Shown here one piece after another: positions 1-10,206 of a DNA stretch of 64,000 nt (positions are counted from its first letter, which is position 1; every line of letters begins with the position of its first letter). The notes beneath the pieces were generated by a model. It searched no databases and was not told the origin of the DNA. It saw only the letters and a program-made list of their open reading frames with translations. The DNA is from an uncultured delta proteobacterium (GTDB lineage: Bacteria > Desulfobacterota > Syntrophia > Syntrophales > Smithellaceae): NCBI GenBank assembly GCA_963730275.1, contig CAVSRI010000031.1, positions 323 to 64,322 of the forward strand. Reading direction: 5' to 3'. Made by a program: the position numbers and the translations under genes.

Positions 1-1257
1 TCCTAGCGCCGGCTTCAGTTTCCGCGGCGTCCCGAAAAGCAAATATACATAAGTGGCAATACCCGCTTTTTTGAGTGATTTCAAAACCGCCGAAGCCGTC
101 GGTAAGTCAATCCCTTTATTCAACCGGTCGAGTACCTCCTGATCGCCGGATTCAATCCCCAGCTTCAGCATGACGCAGCCGCTCCTTTTAAGGCGCAGCA
201 AAAATCATCATCCGCCAAGTGTGATGTAACGCGCGTAAACCCATACCACGGAATGCTTAGCGGTTCTTGAGCCAGTGCGGCTAACAGCGCCGGACTTATG
301 GCGTTATCTAAAATATGAATCAATGCCGGATTTGTTTGCTCCGTAAGCGCCTGCAGTTCTTCCAAAGCTTGAGAAACGGGCAATGGTAAATAAGGGTTTT
401 CTTCCGATTTTTCCGGGCAAAAAGCGCAGTTACGCCAGTAACAGCCGCGGGAACTGCTATAAGGAAGGATAGGGCGCCGGGGGCAAAATATTGGTTGCCA
501 AAAAATACTCTATAGTCGGGTGGATAGTTTATCTGGTCAGCGTAATGATGCCCAGAAGTTGTAATAATTTATTTTCTCCGGCGCCGGCTACCATTTCATC
601 AACAAGCCCGCTAAAATCATCGCAAATGCCCACCTTTACCCAAGAAGTGACAAGCGACCCACCCAAAATAATTTTCTGCTTTGGATTAATGCTCTTGATA
701 AAACCGATCATAGCGAAAGTACAAAGCACCTGACTCAGGTAATTTAAGGAAAAGCCGATAAATTCAGGTCCTTCTTTTAATGCGGCCAGTCAAACAGGTT
801 TCCAAGTATGGGTAAAGAGGATTATCTCAGATATTTTCCGCGGCACAAATTAAATCGGAGCTCTTTACCGGCGTGAGGTTGCTGTCATGATAATCGGCAA
901 GCGACATATCCACAGACCTCGGGCCCTGCCCGCTATCTTTTAAAAGCCGGTGGATCGTCGGAGACAACCCGCTGGTACATACTTCATTTATTGCCGTACG
1001 TCGCAATATTACTTAAGAGCGGCAAGATTGTGGGGCAGATTTTTTACGGCACGCTTCGTCCAGCGGTCGATTACTTTATTTTTGTCAGCAGTTTCTTGCA
1101 ACAGATAAAGGATTCCTTCCAGGTTGGCATCAATTACCCAATGGTTAATGTTATATGCTTGCAGACAGGAGGATAATTTGGCGATGCCTGCCGGCGGTTC
1201 CGCCGGTTTGGTAATAGGCGGATGAATTAAAATGATTTTTGGATTCATCAGATACAA
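1..1257 (-). pseudogene. B12-binding-domain radical SAM protein, disrupted; 3' end runs off the window
   Basis: The gene appears as pieces in different frames on the minus strand. 1009-1257 gives the N-terminus (KIILIHPPITKPAEPPAGIAKL). 529-729 gives a B12-domain-like piece (KQKIILGGSLVTSW). 165-383 is another piece, and my own translation of 1-175 gives MLKLGIESGDQEVLDRLNKGIDL, typical of a radical SAM core. There are at least 4 frame changes plus an in-frame TGA at 790-792. Confidence 0.6.
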
Positions 1258-1432
1258 AATTATTTAAATGGGTTCTTGTTTATCGACATCTTCTTAGTAT
1301 TTAATTAGTGCTGGCACAAGGCCGATTTTCGGTTATTATTTCCAGCTTGACAGGAGGCGCTCTTTACGCAATAGTTCCGCCTAATGGTTAAACAGTAAAA
1401 AAATTCGTCTCTTCATAATCTTTTGGTACCTT

Positions 1433-2218
1433 GTGATAAATGAAATGATCAAACCTCTCCGCAGCAGAGGTAAAATAATACTGCCTCTATGCACAGCGAT
1501 ATTTATCACTCTGCTGATGGGCACGGCATTCGCAGTCGAGAAGTATCCATCGCCGCGCGGTGCGGTCAACGATTTTGCCAATGTTATTGATCCGGCCGAT
1601 GCCGCCAGAATGGAGGCTCTGGCGCGCGAAGTATTGCAGAAGACGGGCACGGCGGTTGTCGTGGCAACTGTTGATACTGTCGGCGAGAATGGAGATTATA
1701 GCCTCTACGCCAACGGCCTTTACCAAGCGTGGGGTATTGGTAAAAAAGGCGAGGATAAGGGTGTTTTAATCTTCCTTACCGTCAAGGAAAGAAAAATCCG
1801 CATTGAAACCGGCTATGGGGTGGAAGGAATACTGCCGGACGGTTTAGTTGGTGAAATTCTGGATAAGTATGTTGTCCCACTGCTTAAGGAAGGCAATTAC
1901 GGCCAAGCCCTTTATAATGGCATGTATGCTTGTTCCGTCTACATTGCCAGGGATGCGAATGTTCAATTGAGCGGATCACCCGCACCATACCGGACAAGAG
2001 TCCGAGCAGAGAATAAAGGCATTAATGTTTTTGGACTTATTTTTTTATTGATTATGGCTGCTCTGCTTTTAGGCACAAGAACAGGCCGATCAATGCTCCC
2101 CTGGCTGTTGCTTTTGTTCTTGAGCGGCGGCCGTGGCGGTGGCGGTGGTTTTGGCGGCGGGTTTGGAGGCTTTGGTGGCGGCGGCAGTGGCGGCGGCGGA
2201 GCCGGCCGAGATTTTTAA
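1433..2218 (+). CDS. TPM domain-containing protein (YgcG-like), membrane anchored with a Gly-rich tail
   Basis: ORF with an N-terminal signal/TM segment. Core sequence AVNDFANVI...GVLIFLTVKERKIRIETGYGVEG is typical of the TPM domain. C-terminal TM segment plus GGGGGFGGGFGG tail. GTG start at 1433; alternative ATG at 1445. Confidence 0.8.
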   Translation: MINEMIKPLRSRGKIILPLCTAIFITLLMGTAFAVEKYPSPRGAVNDFANVIDPADAARMEALAREVLQKTGTAVVVATVDTVGENGDYSLYANGLYQAWGIGKKGEDKGVLIFLTVKERKIRIETGYGVEGILPDGLVGEILDKYVVPLLKEGNYGQALYNGMYACSVYIARDANVQLSGSPAPYRTRVRAENKGINVFGLIFLLIMAALLLGTRTGRSMLPWLLLLFLSGGRGGGGGFGGGFGGFGGGGSGGGGAGRDF

Positions 2219-2224
2219 TCACGG

Positions 2225-2400
2225 GTATGAATCCCAAAGCAAGCTGCGGGGTATTACCCTCCGCTTATGCGGGATAGCCCCAATAGCCTTTGGCTATGGG
2301 ATTAATTCAGCTAGCAGATATTACTGCACTGTGTTTGTAATATCTGAGTTTCATTAATTCGACCTGCAAGCTTCAACGGTGACGTGACCTTCAGGTTATG
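2225..2400 (-). repeat. Interspersed structured repeat family A, inverted copy
   Basis: The reverse complement aligns with 24046-24190. Shared blocks are ataacctgaaggtcac, gtcgaattaatgaaactcagatattacaa, gtaatatctgctagctgaattaatccc and aagcggagggta. Confidence 0.6.
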
Positions 2401-2451
2401 CACTATATTTTTGAAGCTTGGGTCTCATTACAAATTAATTAGGTGTATAAT

Positions 2452-3177
2452 ATGGCAAAGATACCGGATAAACCACAAGATGTTTTTGTTCCTTTAACTC
2501 AAAACTATCTGAAAGTGTTCGGCAGAGAGCTTGTGTCTCTTATACTTTACGGCAGCGCCGCCGGCGGCTCTTATATAAAGGGCAAGTCAGATATTAATTT
2601 GCTTTTGGTTTTGACGCCGGAAGGCATAGATAAATTAGCGGACGCATTTGCTACCATTAAATACTGGAAGAAACGCGGTGTCGCCTTACCACTGGTTATG
2701 ACTAAAGCGTTTATTAATACCTCTTTGGATTGTTATCCCATCGAATTTTTGAATATGAGAAATAACCATATTTTGATTTATGGCGAAAACATTCTGGAAC
2801 AAATAGATGTCCGCCCGGAAAATCTGCGTTTGCAAATAGAAAGGGAACTAAAGGGAAAGCTGATTTTACTGCGTCAGGGTTATCTGGAAGCCGAAGGTAA
2901 GCCGCGGCAGTTGAAAAATTTAATCAGCCGTTCCTTTACAGCATTTATTTCCATTTTTAAAGCTCTGCTTTATTATAAGCATGATGCTGCGCCGCGGGAA
3001 AGGCGCGCTACAATTAAAGAGCTGGCTAAAGTTTTTGCAATTGATGCCGAAGCGTTTCTCCAATGCGCGGATATTAAAGAAGGGAAGAGCAATTTGTCCG
3101 GTGATGATATCGTCAGACTCTTTACAAAATATACTCAGGAAGTCGCGAATATGTGCAATATCGTCGATTCATTATAA
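2452..3177 (+). CDS. Nucleotidyltransferase-fold protein (minimal NTase-like) with a helical C-terminal half
   Basis: Motif LILYGSAAGGSYIKGKSDINLLLVL matches the G[GS]-x(9-13)-D-x-D pattern, but with D-I-N. RBS aggtg lies 6 nt before ATG 2452; the ORF track begins at GTG 2443. Confidence 0.55.
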   Translation: MAKIPDKPQDVFVPLTQNYLKVFGRELVSLILYGSAAGGSYIKGKSDINLLLVLTPEGIDKLADAFATIKYWKKRGVALPLVMTKAFINTSLDCYPIEFLNMRNNHILIYGENILEQIDVRPENLRLQIERELKGKLILLRQGYLEAEGKPRQLKNLISRSFTAFISIFKALLYYKHDAAPRERRATIKELAKVFAIDAEAFLQCADIKEGKSNLSGDDIVRLFTKYTQEVANMCNIVDSL

Positions 3178-3207
3178 AATGAGCTAACATAATTTAGGAG
3201 GATTAAA

Positions 3208-3783
3208 ATGGAATCAGGAAAAAGAAATTTAATCATCGCGCTAGTGGTGATACTTGTCATCGCTCTTGTCATTTACTCGCTTTTTGCCGGCAACTACAAT
3301 AAGTTTGTCAAGCTGGATGTGGCAGTAAAAGCCGCATGGTCACAGGTGGAAAACCAGTTGCAGCGTCGTTATGATTTGATTCCCAATTTAGTGGAAACAG
3401 TCAAAGGTTTCGCCAAGCAGGAAAAAAGTGTTTTTGTGGAAGTGACCAACGCGCGCGCGAAAGTCGGCGGAGCCGGCAATATTCCCGATAAAATTGCGGC
3501 CAACAATCAATTATCCGGCGCCTTAAGCAGACTTTTATTGGTAGTAGAAAGATACCCGGATTTGAAATCGAACCAGAATTTTATACGCCTGCAGGATGAG
3601 CTGGCCGGCACGGAAAATAGAATCGCCGTGGAAAGAATGAGATATAATGAAGCGGTCAAGGCTTATAACGAGGCCATCAGAACATTTCCCGCGAACATAA
3701 TTGCCGGTATGTTCAATTTTAAAGAAAATCCTTATTTCGAAGCGCCTAAAGAAGCAAAAACTGCTCCCCAAGTAAAATTCTAA
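3208..3783 (+). CDS. lemA: LemA family protein
   Basis: N-terminal TM segment. KFVKLDVAVKAAWSQVENQLQRRYDLIPNLVETVKGFA is the LemA signature region. Strong RBS aggagg upstream. Confidence 0.85.
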   Translation: MESGKRNLIIALVVILVIALVIYSLFAGNYNKFVKLDVAVKAAWSQVENQLQRRYDLIPNLVETVKGFAKQEKSVFVEVTNARAKVGGAGNIPDKIAANNQLSGALSRLLLVVERYPDLKSNQNFIRLQDELAGTENRIAVERMRYNEAVKAYNEAIRTFPANIIAGMFNFKENPYFEAPKEAKTAPQVKF

Positions 3784-3800
3784 GCGTAAAACGCTTTTTT
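3782..3800 (+). terminator. Rho-independent terminator after lemA
   Basis: aagcgt-aaa-acgctt perfect 6-bp stem followed by tttt, starting at the stop codon. Confidence 0.55.
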
Positions 3801-3812
3801 GTGGAAATAATC

Positions 3813-3850
3813 AGCCCCGGACTTTACATAATAAGGTTCGGGGCTTTTTA
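3813..3850. terminator. Second hairpin plus T-run between the convergent lemA and NUDIX genes
   Basis: agccccg ... cggggct stem followed by tttta. Confidence 0.45.
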
Positions 3851-3975
3851 ATGAGACGCCAATTGGTAGCTACCTGAAAGGTACCTACGATACTTAAGGT
3901 AGATACTTATTTGCTATTTTCCCGCTCACATCGCCGCTTGTCAGCGGCTGATTGCGCGGGAAACTGTATTCAAAA

Positions 3976-4024
3976 GCGAAGTGAATAACTTGAAGGTCAG
4001 ACGTTGAAATTTGTTAGTCGAATT
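3976..4024 (+). repeat. Repeat family A, partial copy (5' module)
   Basis: gcgaagtgaataacttgaaggtcagacgttgaaatttgttagtcgaatt aligns with gaagtgaataacctaaaggtcacacgctgcaatctgtaagccgaat at 24050. It abuts the NUDIX stop codon. Confidence 0.45.
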
Positions 4025-4964
4025 ATACCGGTGGTTTTTTTTCATAGAATGCTGTCTTCCACACACCGTTTTCAGCCAATATCCGGGAAGGCTCTTTAGG
4101 ATTTGGCGGCCGTTTATAAACATCAATACTGTACTCGGGATCATGCGGTAACTTGAGGCTGTTTCCTGCTAATTGCGGCAAAATGGGATAGATAATCTTT
4201 TTTTTGGTTGCGGAAAAAAGTTCGTCAATATCTCTAAAGGTCGATAACTCTTCTATAGTTTTCAGGGTGGGCGGCATTAAAATAATTTTTTGTTCGCGCT
4301 GCATTTCCAGTGCTTTTTGCGGTGTTACCCAGAGTGATTCCGTAAGCTCTGCCGCATCGGCCACAGGTATTTGGCATGGCGGCAACTCGGCCAGAAAAAA
4401 GCGGGTGTTAAACCTCATTTTTTCAAATTCCGGCGTAATCCAGTGGGCATAAGGGATCAGGGTGTCGGGGAATAACAAAATCTTTTCTTTTCGGGCAATT
4501 TCCGCCAGTGTAATTTGCGAGGCATTAAGCTCCCGCCGGTAATCATTGAATCTTTTAAGAACTTCCTCATTATAAAACGAAATAAAATTTCCAGTGGTTT
4601 TGCCGCCTAAAAGAATTCCGGCCTCTTCGAAAGTTTCCCTGATGGCGGCGATAAACAATCCACGCGCTTTTTCTATGGACAGGTTATTATCCTGCAGCAG
4701 CCGGCAGGGATCAAATACATCCGCGGTCTTGATATAATTTTCGAGTTGCGGGTCGCTGTCTGTTTCTTCCAATTGCCCGCCGGGAAACACATACGCCCCG
4801 GCCATGAAAGCCTGCTTCTGATGACGCCGCGCTAAAAATATTTCCCAATCGCTTGATTTCGATGGCCGGATTAAAATCACGGTCGCCGCGTCTTTAAAAA
4901 CAATTTTATTTATCGTTGTTGAATACATAATGGAGATATTATTCTTACCTTGCCGGTAATTCAC
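4023..4964 (-). CDS. NUDIX hydrolase family protein
   Basis: Nudix box GGQLEETDSDPQ...AAIRETFEEAGILL. Start is uncertain: GTG at 4964 or ATG at 4930. Confidence 0.8.
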   Translation of the reverse strand: MNYRQGKNNISIMYSTTINKIVFKDAATVILIRPSKSSDWEIFLARRHQKQAFMAGAYVFPGGQLEETDSDPQLENYIKTADVFDPCRLLQDNNLSIEKARGLFIAAIRETFEEAGILLGGKTTGNFISFYNEEVLKRFNDYRRELNASQITLAEIARKEKILLFPDTLIPYAHWITPEFEKMRFNTRFFLAELPPCQIPVADAAELTESLWVTPQKALEMQREQKIILMPPTLKTIEELSTFRDIDELFSATKKKIIYPILPQLAGNSLKLPHDPEYSIDVYKRPPNPKEPSRILAENGVWKTAFYEKKPPV

Positions 4965-5147
4965 GTCACACTATCTGTGAATTCCGCGTATATCGGTACT
5001 ATCACCAAAAGGAATATCATCATAGCAAATTTTGTGGGTGGGAAATTTCCAATAGATTGGCTGGAAGCTCATCCCTGGAAAGCGCCTGCAATTAGCGTTA
5101 ATGCTGATTGTTCTTCCGGTTGTGTTCGAATAAATTGATGTAGCCAC

Positions 5148-5244
5148 AGACGGGAGTGGGAATCGAACCCACATCTACTCGGTTTCACACGAGTAGCATC
5201 ACAGGTTTGAAGCCTGCGCCGCACACCAGCACGAACGTCCCGTC
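5148..5244 (-). tRNA. selC: tRNA-Sec (anticodon UCA)
   Basis: Folded by hand from the reverse complement. Anticodon stem CAGG/CCTG with loop CTTCAAA (UCA). D-stem of 6 bp (TCGTGC/GTGCGG) with a 4-nt loop. Long variable arm CTACTCG/CGAGTAG. T-arm GTGGG-TTCGATT-CCCAC. I find only 7 clean acceptor pairs, so the ends are approximate. TATAAT lies just upstream. Confidence 0.85.
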
Positions 5245-5477
5245 GTCTCAATTATAAAAAGACCATTGACTGCCTGAGCCGTCCATCATAATAGCCAAGG
5301 CTACGGGTGTCAAAAGGAGCTTGAATTCTTTTTGTACCATAGCTTCAGCTTTTATTGTTCCTCCCGATAAATAATAATTTAAAACGGCCTTTGGGTTTGT
5401 TGTGGAGGAACTTTGATTGGCTTGATTAAAACACTAGATATAAAATTATCGATATTTAACATCTGCAAATTTTATTT

Positions 5478-5564
5478 TGGTGCCGGAGGTCGGAATCGAA
5501 CCGACATGTCCTTGCGAACGGGGGATTTTGAGTCCCCTGCGTCTACCAGTTTCACCACTCCGGC
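5478..5564 (-). tRNA. tRNA-Leu (anticodon CAA)
   Basis: Reverse complement is GCCGGAGTGGTGAAACTGGTAGACGC...GGGGA-CTCAAAA-TCCCC...GGTTCGATTCC...CTCCGGCACCA. It has a long variable arm and encodes CCA. Confidence 0.9.
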
Positions 5565-5669
5565 ACGGGCAGCGATTATATAGTCGGTCAGCAGAAAGTC
5601 AAGCTAAAATCTGTTGACAAGCAATTAATGCCTGTGTTAAGGGGGCTGCACAATTTATCAAGGCTTATT

Positions 5670-5745
5670 GGGGCTGTAGCTCAGCTGGGAGAGCGCTTGA
5701 ATGGCATTCAAGAGGCCAGCGGTTCGATCCCGCTCAGCTCCACCA
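5670..5745 (+). tRNA. tRNA-Ala (anticodon GGC)
   Basis: GGGGCTGTAGCTCAGCTGGGAGAGCG-CTTGA-ATGGCAT-TCAAG...GGTTCGATCCCGC..CTCCACCA. Confidence 0.9.
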
Positions 5746-5804
5746 ATAATTAAAGGGAACGGTTTTTATCTGCTCCTCCCTTCAATGACACTCGCTGAAA
5801 ACGA

Positions 5805-5912
5805 GCTACGCGAAGTTTGAAGCGCAAGTGGAATTAATCCCGGCGAGCGAAGCAAGTCGGGGCAATACAAGTATCCCTCCATAGGCGGAGGGTTTCATAG
5901 ATACCCGTGGGT
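5805..5912 (+). repeat. Repeat family A, partial copy (3' module)
   Basis: gaattaatccc...ccataggcggagggtttcatagatacccgtgg matches the 24141-24186 and 24290-24340 units. It lies between tRNA-Ala and the stop of the ppiD-like gene. Confidence 0.5.
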
Positions 5913-5916
5913 GTGG

Positions 5917-7515
5917 TTATAAATCTTTTGCTTCCTTTTTAATATTGATTCTTTTCTCCTTAATCATGGCCATTTTATTGCCCTCCAGCCATGCCTGCAT
6001 AGCTTCTTCCCTTTTGATGGAGGCAAATATCTTTTTATAGGAATCTTTTTTTGATTCAAAATCTTTCATATCCAGTTTGCTCAAATCTTTGAGCTTTAAT
6101 ACGACATAAGAATTATTGATGAACAATGGCCTTTCCGCATACGGTTTACGAAGTGAAAGTTGATAAAGAGTTTCGGCCGCTTCCTGATTAAATCCCAACT
6201 TGGGGATAGTATTAGCCGGCATGAAGAACCCTGTTTCATTAATTTTCAACCCTTTTTCTTTGGCGATTTTATCGAAAGATTCTCCCGATTTTACCCGATC
6301 CAAAATCGTTTGCGCTTCCCTTCCGGCCAGCATATTCATTTCGTTTTCAACAAAATATTTTTTAACTTCGTTTTCTATATCTTTGAATTTCGGCAAATAA
6401 GCCGGTTTTTTATCTATAATCTTCAAAAGGTAATAGCCGTTTTCAGCAATAAGAATTTTGCTGATATCGTTTTTCTGCAAATCCAAAAGCACAGCGGCAA
6501 AATCCCGCAGGGGGGTAAATTCTTTCGGTGGTTTATTAAGAGGGAAAAATTCCACATTGTAAACTTTTAAATTATTTTTATTGCTGTAGACATCAAAATT
6601 ATCTTCTTGATAAATAATGTCATGAGTCTTTTTGGCTTCTTTATAAGCGTTTTGCATTCCTCTTGTTTTTTTGAATTCTTTGATGATGGTATTCTTTACA
6701 TCGGCCAGTGATAATTGTTTGCCGTCCTTTTTTCTATATTTATCTCTGTTGCGATTGTAATAATCGCGGACATCGGAATCGCTGATACTGCCCGACGAAT
6801 ATGCATCACTGGAAAAATATAGATATTTAATTTTTACCTGTTCGGGACGGCGGAATAAACTGCTGTTGTTACTTAAATAATTTTCCAGTTCCGCCGACGT
6901 GGGTGTGATTTTCTTTTTCACGTTTTTACCGGAAATTTGCACAAAATTTACGTTGATTTTTTGATTTTGTAAAACGTAAATGTCGTAAATTTCCTTGTCG
7001 GAAACCTTAATGCCTTCGCGAACAATTGCTTCAATTTTACTGGCCATTAGGTTAATTTTTTGCTGAGCTTCAAAATCTTCGGCAGAAGATCTGTTATAGC
7101 GCAGCATTTGCCGATATTTGCGTTCATCAAACACTCCGTCTGTTTGCAGAGACGACATATTTAAAATCATGTTTCTTAATTCTTCATCGGAAACCTGAAC
7201 CTTTAAATCCGCGGCTTTGGCAATGATAACTTGCTGGTTAATCAGGCTATTGTATGACCTCTCCTTAAGATACATTTTCTGCAGTATTTCCGGAGAAAGA
7301 TTTGCGCCGTAACGTAATCTGACCATATCCAATAATTTTTCGTATTCATTGCGAAATTCGGCTTCGGTGATTGTTTTTCCATCAATTATAGCTATTACAT
7401 TTGCCGAATCTCTGCCTCGATTCGAACCGAAATAAAGGACAAAAACGAAAATGATTACCCCCAGTATTATGTACATTACCCAACTGCGCGCGTTTTTACG
7501 CAAGAACCTCAACAT
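5917..7515 (-). CDS. Periplasmic chaperone / peptidyl-prolyl isomerase, PpiD-like (SurA N-terminal domain)
   Basis: N-terminal TM anchor (WVMYIILGVIIFVFVLYFG) after MLRFLRKNARS, followed by a long Lys-rich SurA/PpiD-like body. RBS gaggtg precedes ATG 7515; the ORF track start at 7599 is probably too early. Confidence 0.75.
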   Translation of the reverse strand: MLRFLRKNARSWVMYIILGVIIFVFVLYFGSNRGRDSANVIAIIDGKTITEAEFRNEYEKLLDMVRLRYGANLSPEILQKMYLKERSYNSLINQQVIIAKAADLKVQVSDEELRNMILNMSSLQTDGVFDERKYRQMLRYNRSSAEDFEAQQKINLMASKIEAIVREGIKVSDKEIYDIYVLQNQKINVNFVQISGKNVKKKITPTSAELENYLSNNSSLFRRPEQVKIKYLYFSSDAYSSGSISDSDVRDYYNRNRDKYRKKDGKQLSLADVKNTIIKEFKKTRGMQNAYKEAKKTHDIIYQEDNFDVYSNKNNLKVYNVEFFPLNKPPKEFTPLRDFAAVLLDLQKNDISKILIAENGYYLLKIIDKKPAYLPKFKDIENEVKKYFVENEMNMLAGREAQTILDRVKSGESFDKIAKEKGLKINETGFFMPANTIPKLGFNQEAAETLYQLSLRKPYAERPLFINNSYVVLKLKDLSKLDMKDFESKKDSYKKIFASIKREEAMQAWLEGNKMAMIKEKRINIKKEAKDL

Positions 7516-7704
7516 AAATTCACCTCGAAAGGATAATTCGTTTTTCCCGGTAGCAACTAAAACTCCGGCTTTTCTATTATAGTCACTTGGAAAAAGCAAA
7601 CATAATTTAAAAAGGCGTTGATTAGGGTCAGGAAATACGGTATAGAAAAAACGTTCGCAAAAGAGTAAATCATCTCATTTTGTGTAAAAAAGACTGGAGG
7701 ATAA

Positions 7705-8742
<1,038 letters not shown>

Positions 8743-8836
8743 AAGTATCTGGTGATAAAATGAGCTCTCTCTATCTTCGTATATAATAATCAGCGTTCGA
8801 AGCGATTTTATGATTATTTCCCTATTTAGGTAAAAA

Positions 8837-9664
8837 ATGTTTTTTTTAAGAAATTATAAGACTAGTATTTTTATTACTGTTCTTCTTATCATAGCCCTGG
8901 TTATGCTATCCTATAGCGTTAAGTATGATACAGGTGGGGGATTTTTCAGAAAAATTGTGTTAGAAGCAACCGTGCCCGTGCAAAAAGTTTTGAGCATTTC
9001 CGTTAAAAATGTAAGTGACGCCTGGCTACGCTATATTTTTCTTGTCGGTCTCCAAGAAGAAAATAAAAATTTAAACAAAAAAATTAACGAACTCAAAGCG
9101 GAGCTTGTTTTGTATCAAGAAGGTTATCTGGAGGCGCAGAGACTAGGCAAACTTCTTGCCCTTAAAAGTGACTATAAAAATCGTGCCGTATCCGCCTTAG
9201 TTATCGGCAGAGAGCAGGCCGCCCTATCCAAGACGATATTGATCAACAAAGGTTCGGCTCATGGCCTGAAAATAGGCATGCCGGTTATTGCGATTCCCGG
9301 ATTAATCGGCCGCTTGATTGATGTTTCCTGGCATGTTTCTAAAGTGCTGTTGCTTATTGATGAAAACAATAACATTGGCGCTATTTTACAAAGAACACGA
9401 ACGCAAGGAATTGTCAGCGGTGCGGGCTCCCGCGGCTGCATTTTAAAATATATTTATAAAAATCAGGATGTTAAGGAAGGCGATCCCGTTATCTCATCCG
9501 GTATGGGGGGTATATTCCCCAAAGGTTTGTTAATCGGCAAGGTTAGCCGTGTCCAAAAACAAGATGCCGGACTATTTTTGAAAATTGATGTTGCTCCAAT
9601 TGCCGATTTTGCTAAATTGGAAGAAGTCTTGGTTTTAGCTTCCGAGGAACCGGGAATTAAATAA
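8837..9664 (+). CDS. mreC: Rod shape-determining protein MreC
   Basis: TM segment plus coiled coil (ENKNLNKKINELKAEL), then GSAHGLKIGMPVI and GGIFPKGLLIGKV. Position after mreB supports the call. Confidence 0.85.
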   Translation: MFFLRNYKTSIFITVLLIIALVMLSYSVKYDTGGGFFRKIVLEATVPVQKVLSISVKNVSDAWLRYIFLVGLQEENKNLNKKINELKAELVLYQEGYLEAQRLGKLLALKSDYKNRAVSALVIGREQAALSKTILINKGSAHGLKIGMPVIAIPGLIGRLIDVSWHVSKVLLLIDENNNIGAILQRTRTQGIVSGAGSRGCILKYIYKNQDVKEGDPVISSGMGGIFPKGLLIGKVSRVQKQDAGLFLKIDVAPIADFAKLEEVLVLASEEPGIK

Positions 9665-9666
9665 CA

Positions 9667-10206
9667 ATGCTTTATTATTTATCGCTCCCCTTTTTATCAA
9701 TATTACTGGTAGTAGTGCAAACAACTATAGCCGATATAATATTTTCGGGCCGTCTGATGGTCGAAATATCCCTAATTGCTGTCATTTACGCCGGATTCAG
9801 GCTTGATTTAATCAGGGGATTAATCTTCGCCTTTATTCTGGGGTTTGTATTTGATTGTGTCGCCGGTTCGGTAATCGGATTATTTACTTTTATTTATGTA
9901 GTCATTTTTCTGTGCTCATTTCTTGCTTCTTTTCGGATGGCTACCGAAAAAATGTATTTCCTTGTCTTGTTTAGTTTCATTTGTGCTTTCCTGGAGGAAA
10001 TTTTGGTGATTTTATTTTACACTATATTTTTTAAATTTGATATACTGACAAATGTTACTTTTATTTTTTTACCGCAGGCCTTGGTGGTGGGCCTCACTGC
10101 ACCCGTGTTTTTTTATCTGATGCATCGGTTAGAGGTATTGCTCTATGGAAAACCGCTTAAACTTGCTGAACGGACCGGAAACGTCCGAATTTCGGCGGAA
10201 GTTTAA
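9667..10206 (+). CDS. mreD: Rod shape-determining protein MreD
   Basis: Small polytopic membrane protein immediately after mreC. Confidence 0.75.
   Translation: MLYYLSLPFLSILLVVVQTTIADIIFSGRLMVEISLIAVIYAGFRLDLIRGLIFAFILGFVFDCVAGSVIGLFTFIYVVIFLCSFLASFRMATEKMYFLVLFSFICAFLEEILVILFYTIFFKFDILTNVTFIFLPQALVVGLTAPVFFYLMHRLEVLLYGKPLKLAERTGNVRISAEV

Noticed and set aside
2100-2215. A GGC/GGT-rich, tandem-looking DNA tract.
   Set aside because: It encodes the Gly-rich C-terminal tail (GGRGGGGGFGGGFGGFGGGGSGGGGAG) common in TPM/YgcG proteins. It is low-complexity coding sequence, not a repeat element.
4950-5251. Three listed ORFs (4950-5138, 4971-5174, 5069-5251).
   Set aside because: They overlap the tRNA-Sec gene and the NUDIX upstream region, have no RBS and no recognisable protein features. 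They are spurious.
5614-5642. TTGACA plus a 17-nt spacer upstream of tRNA-Ala was considered as a promoter.
   Set aside because: The -10 candidate (TTAAGG) is poor. It is plausible, with a GC-rich discriminator, but not supportable from sequence alone.
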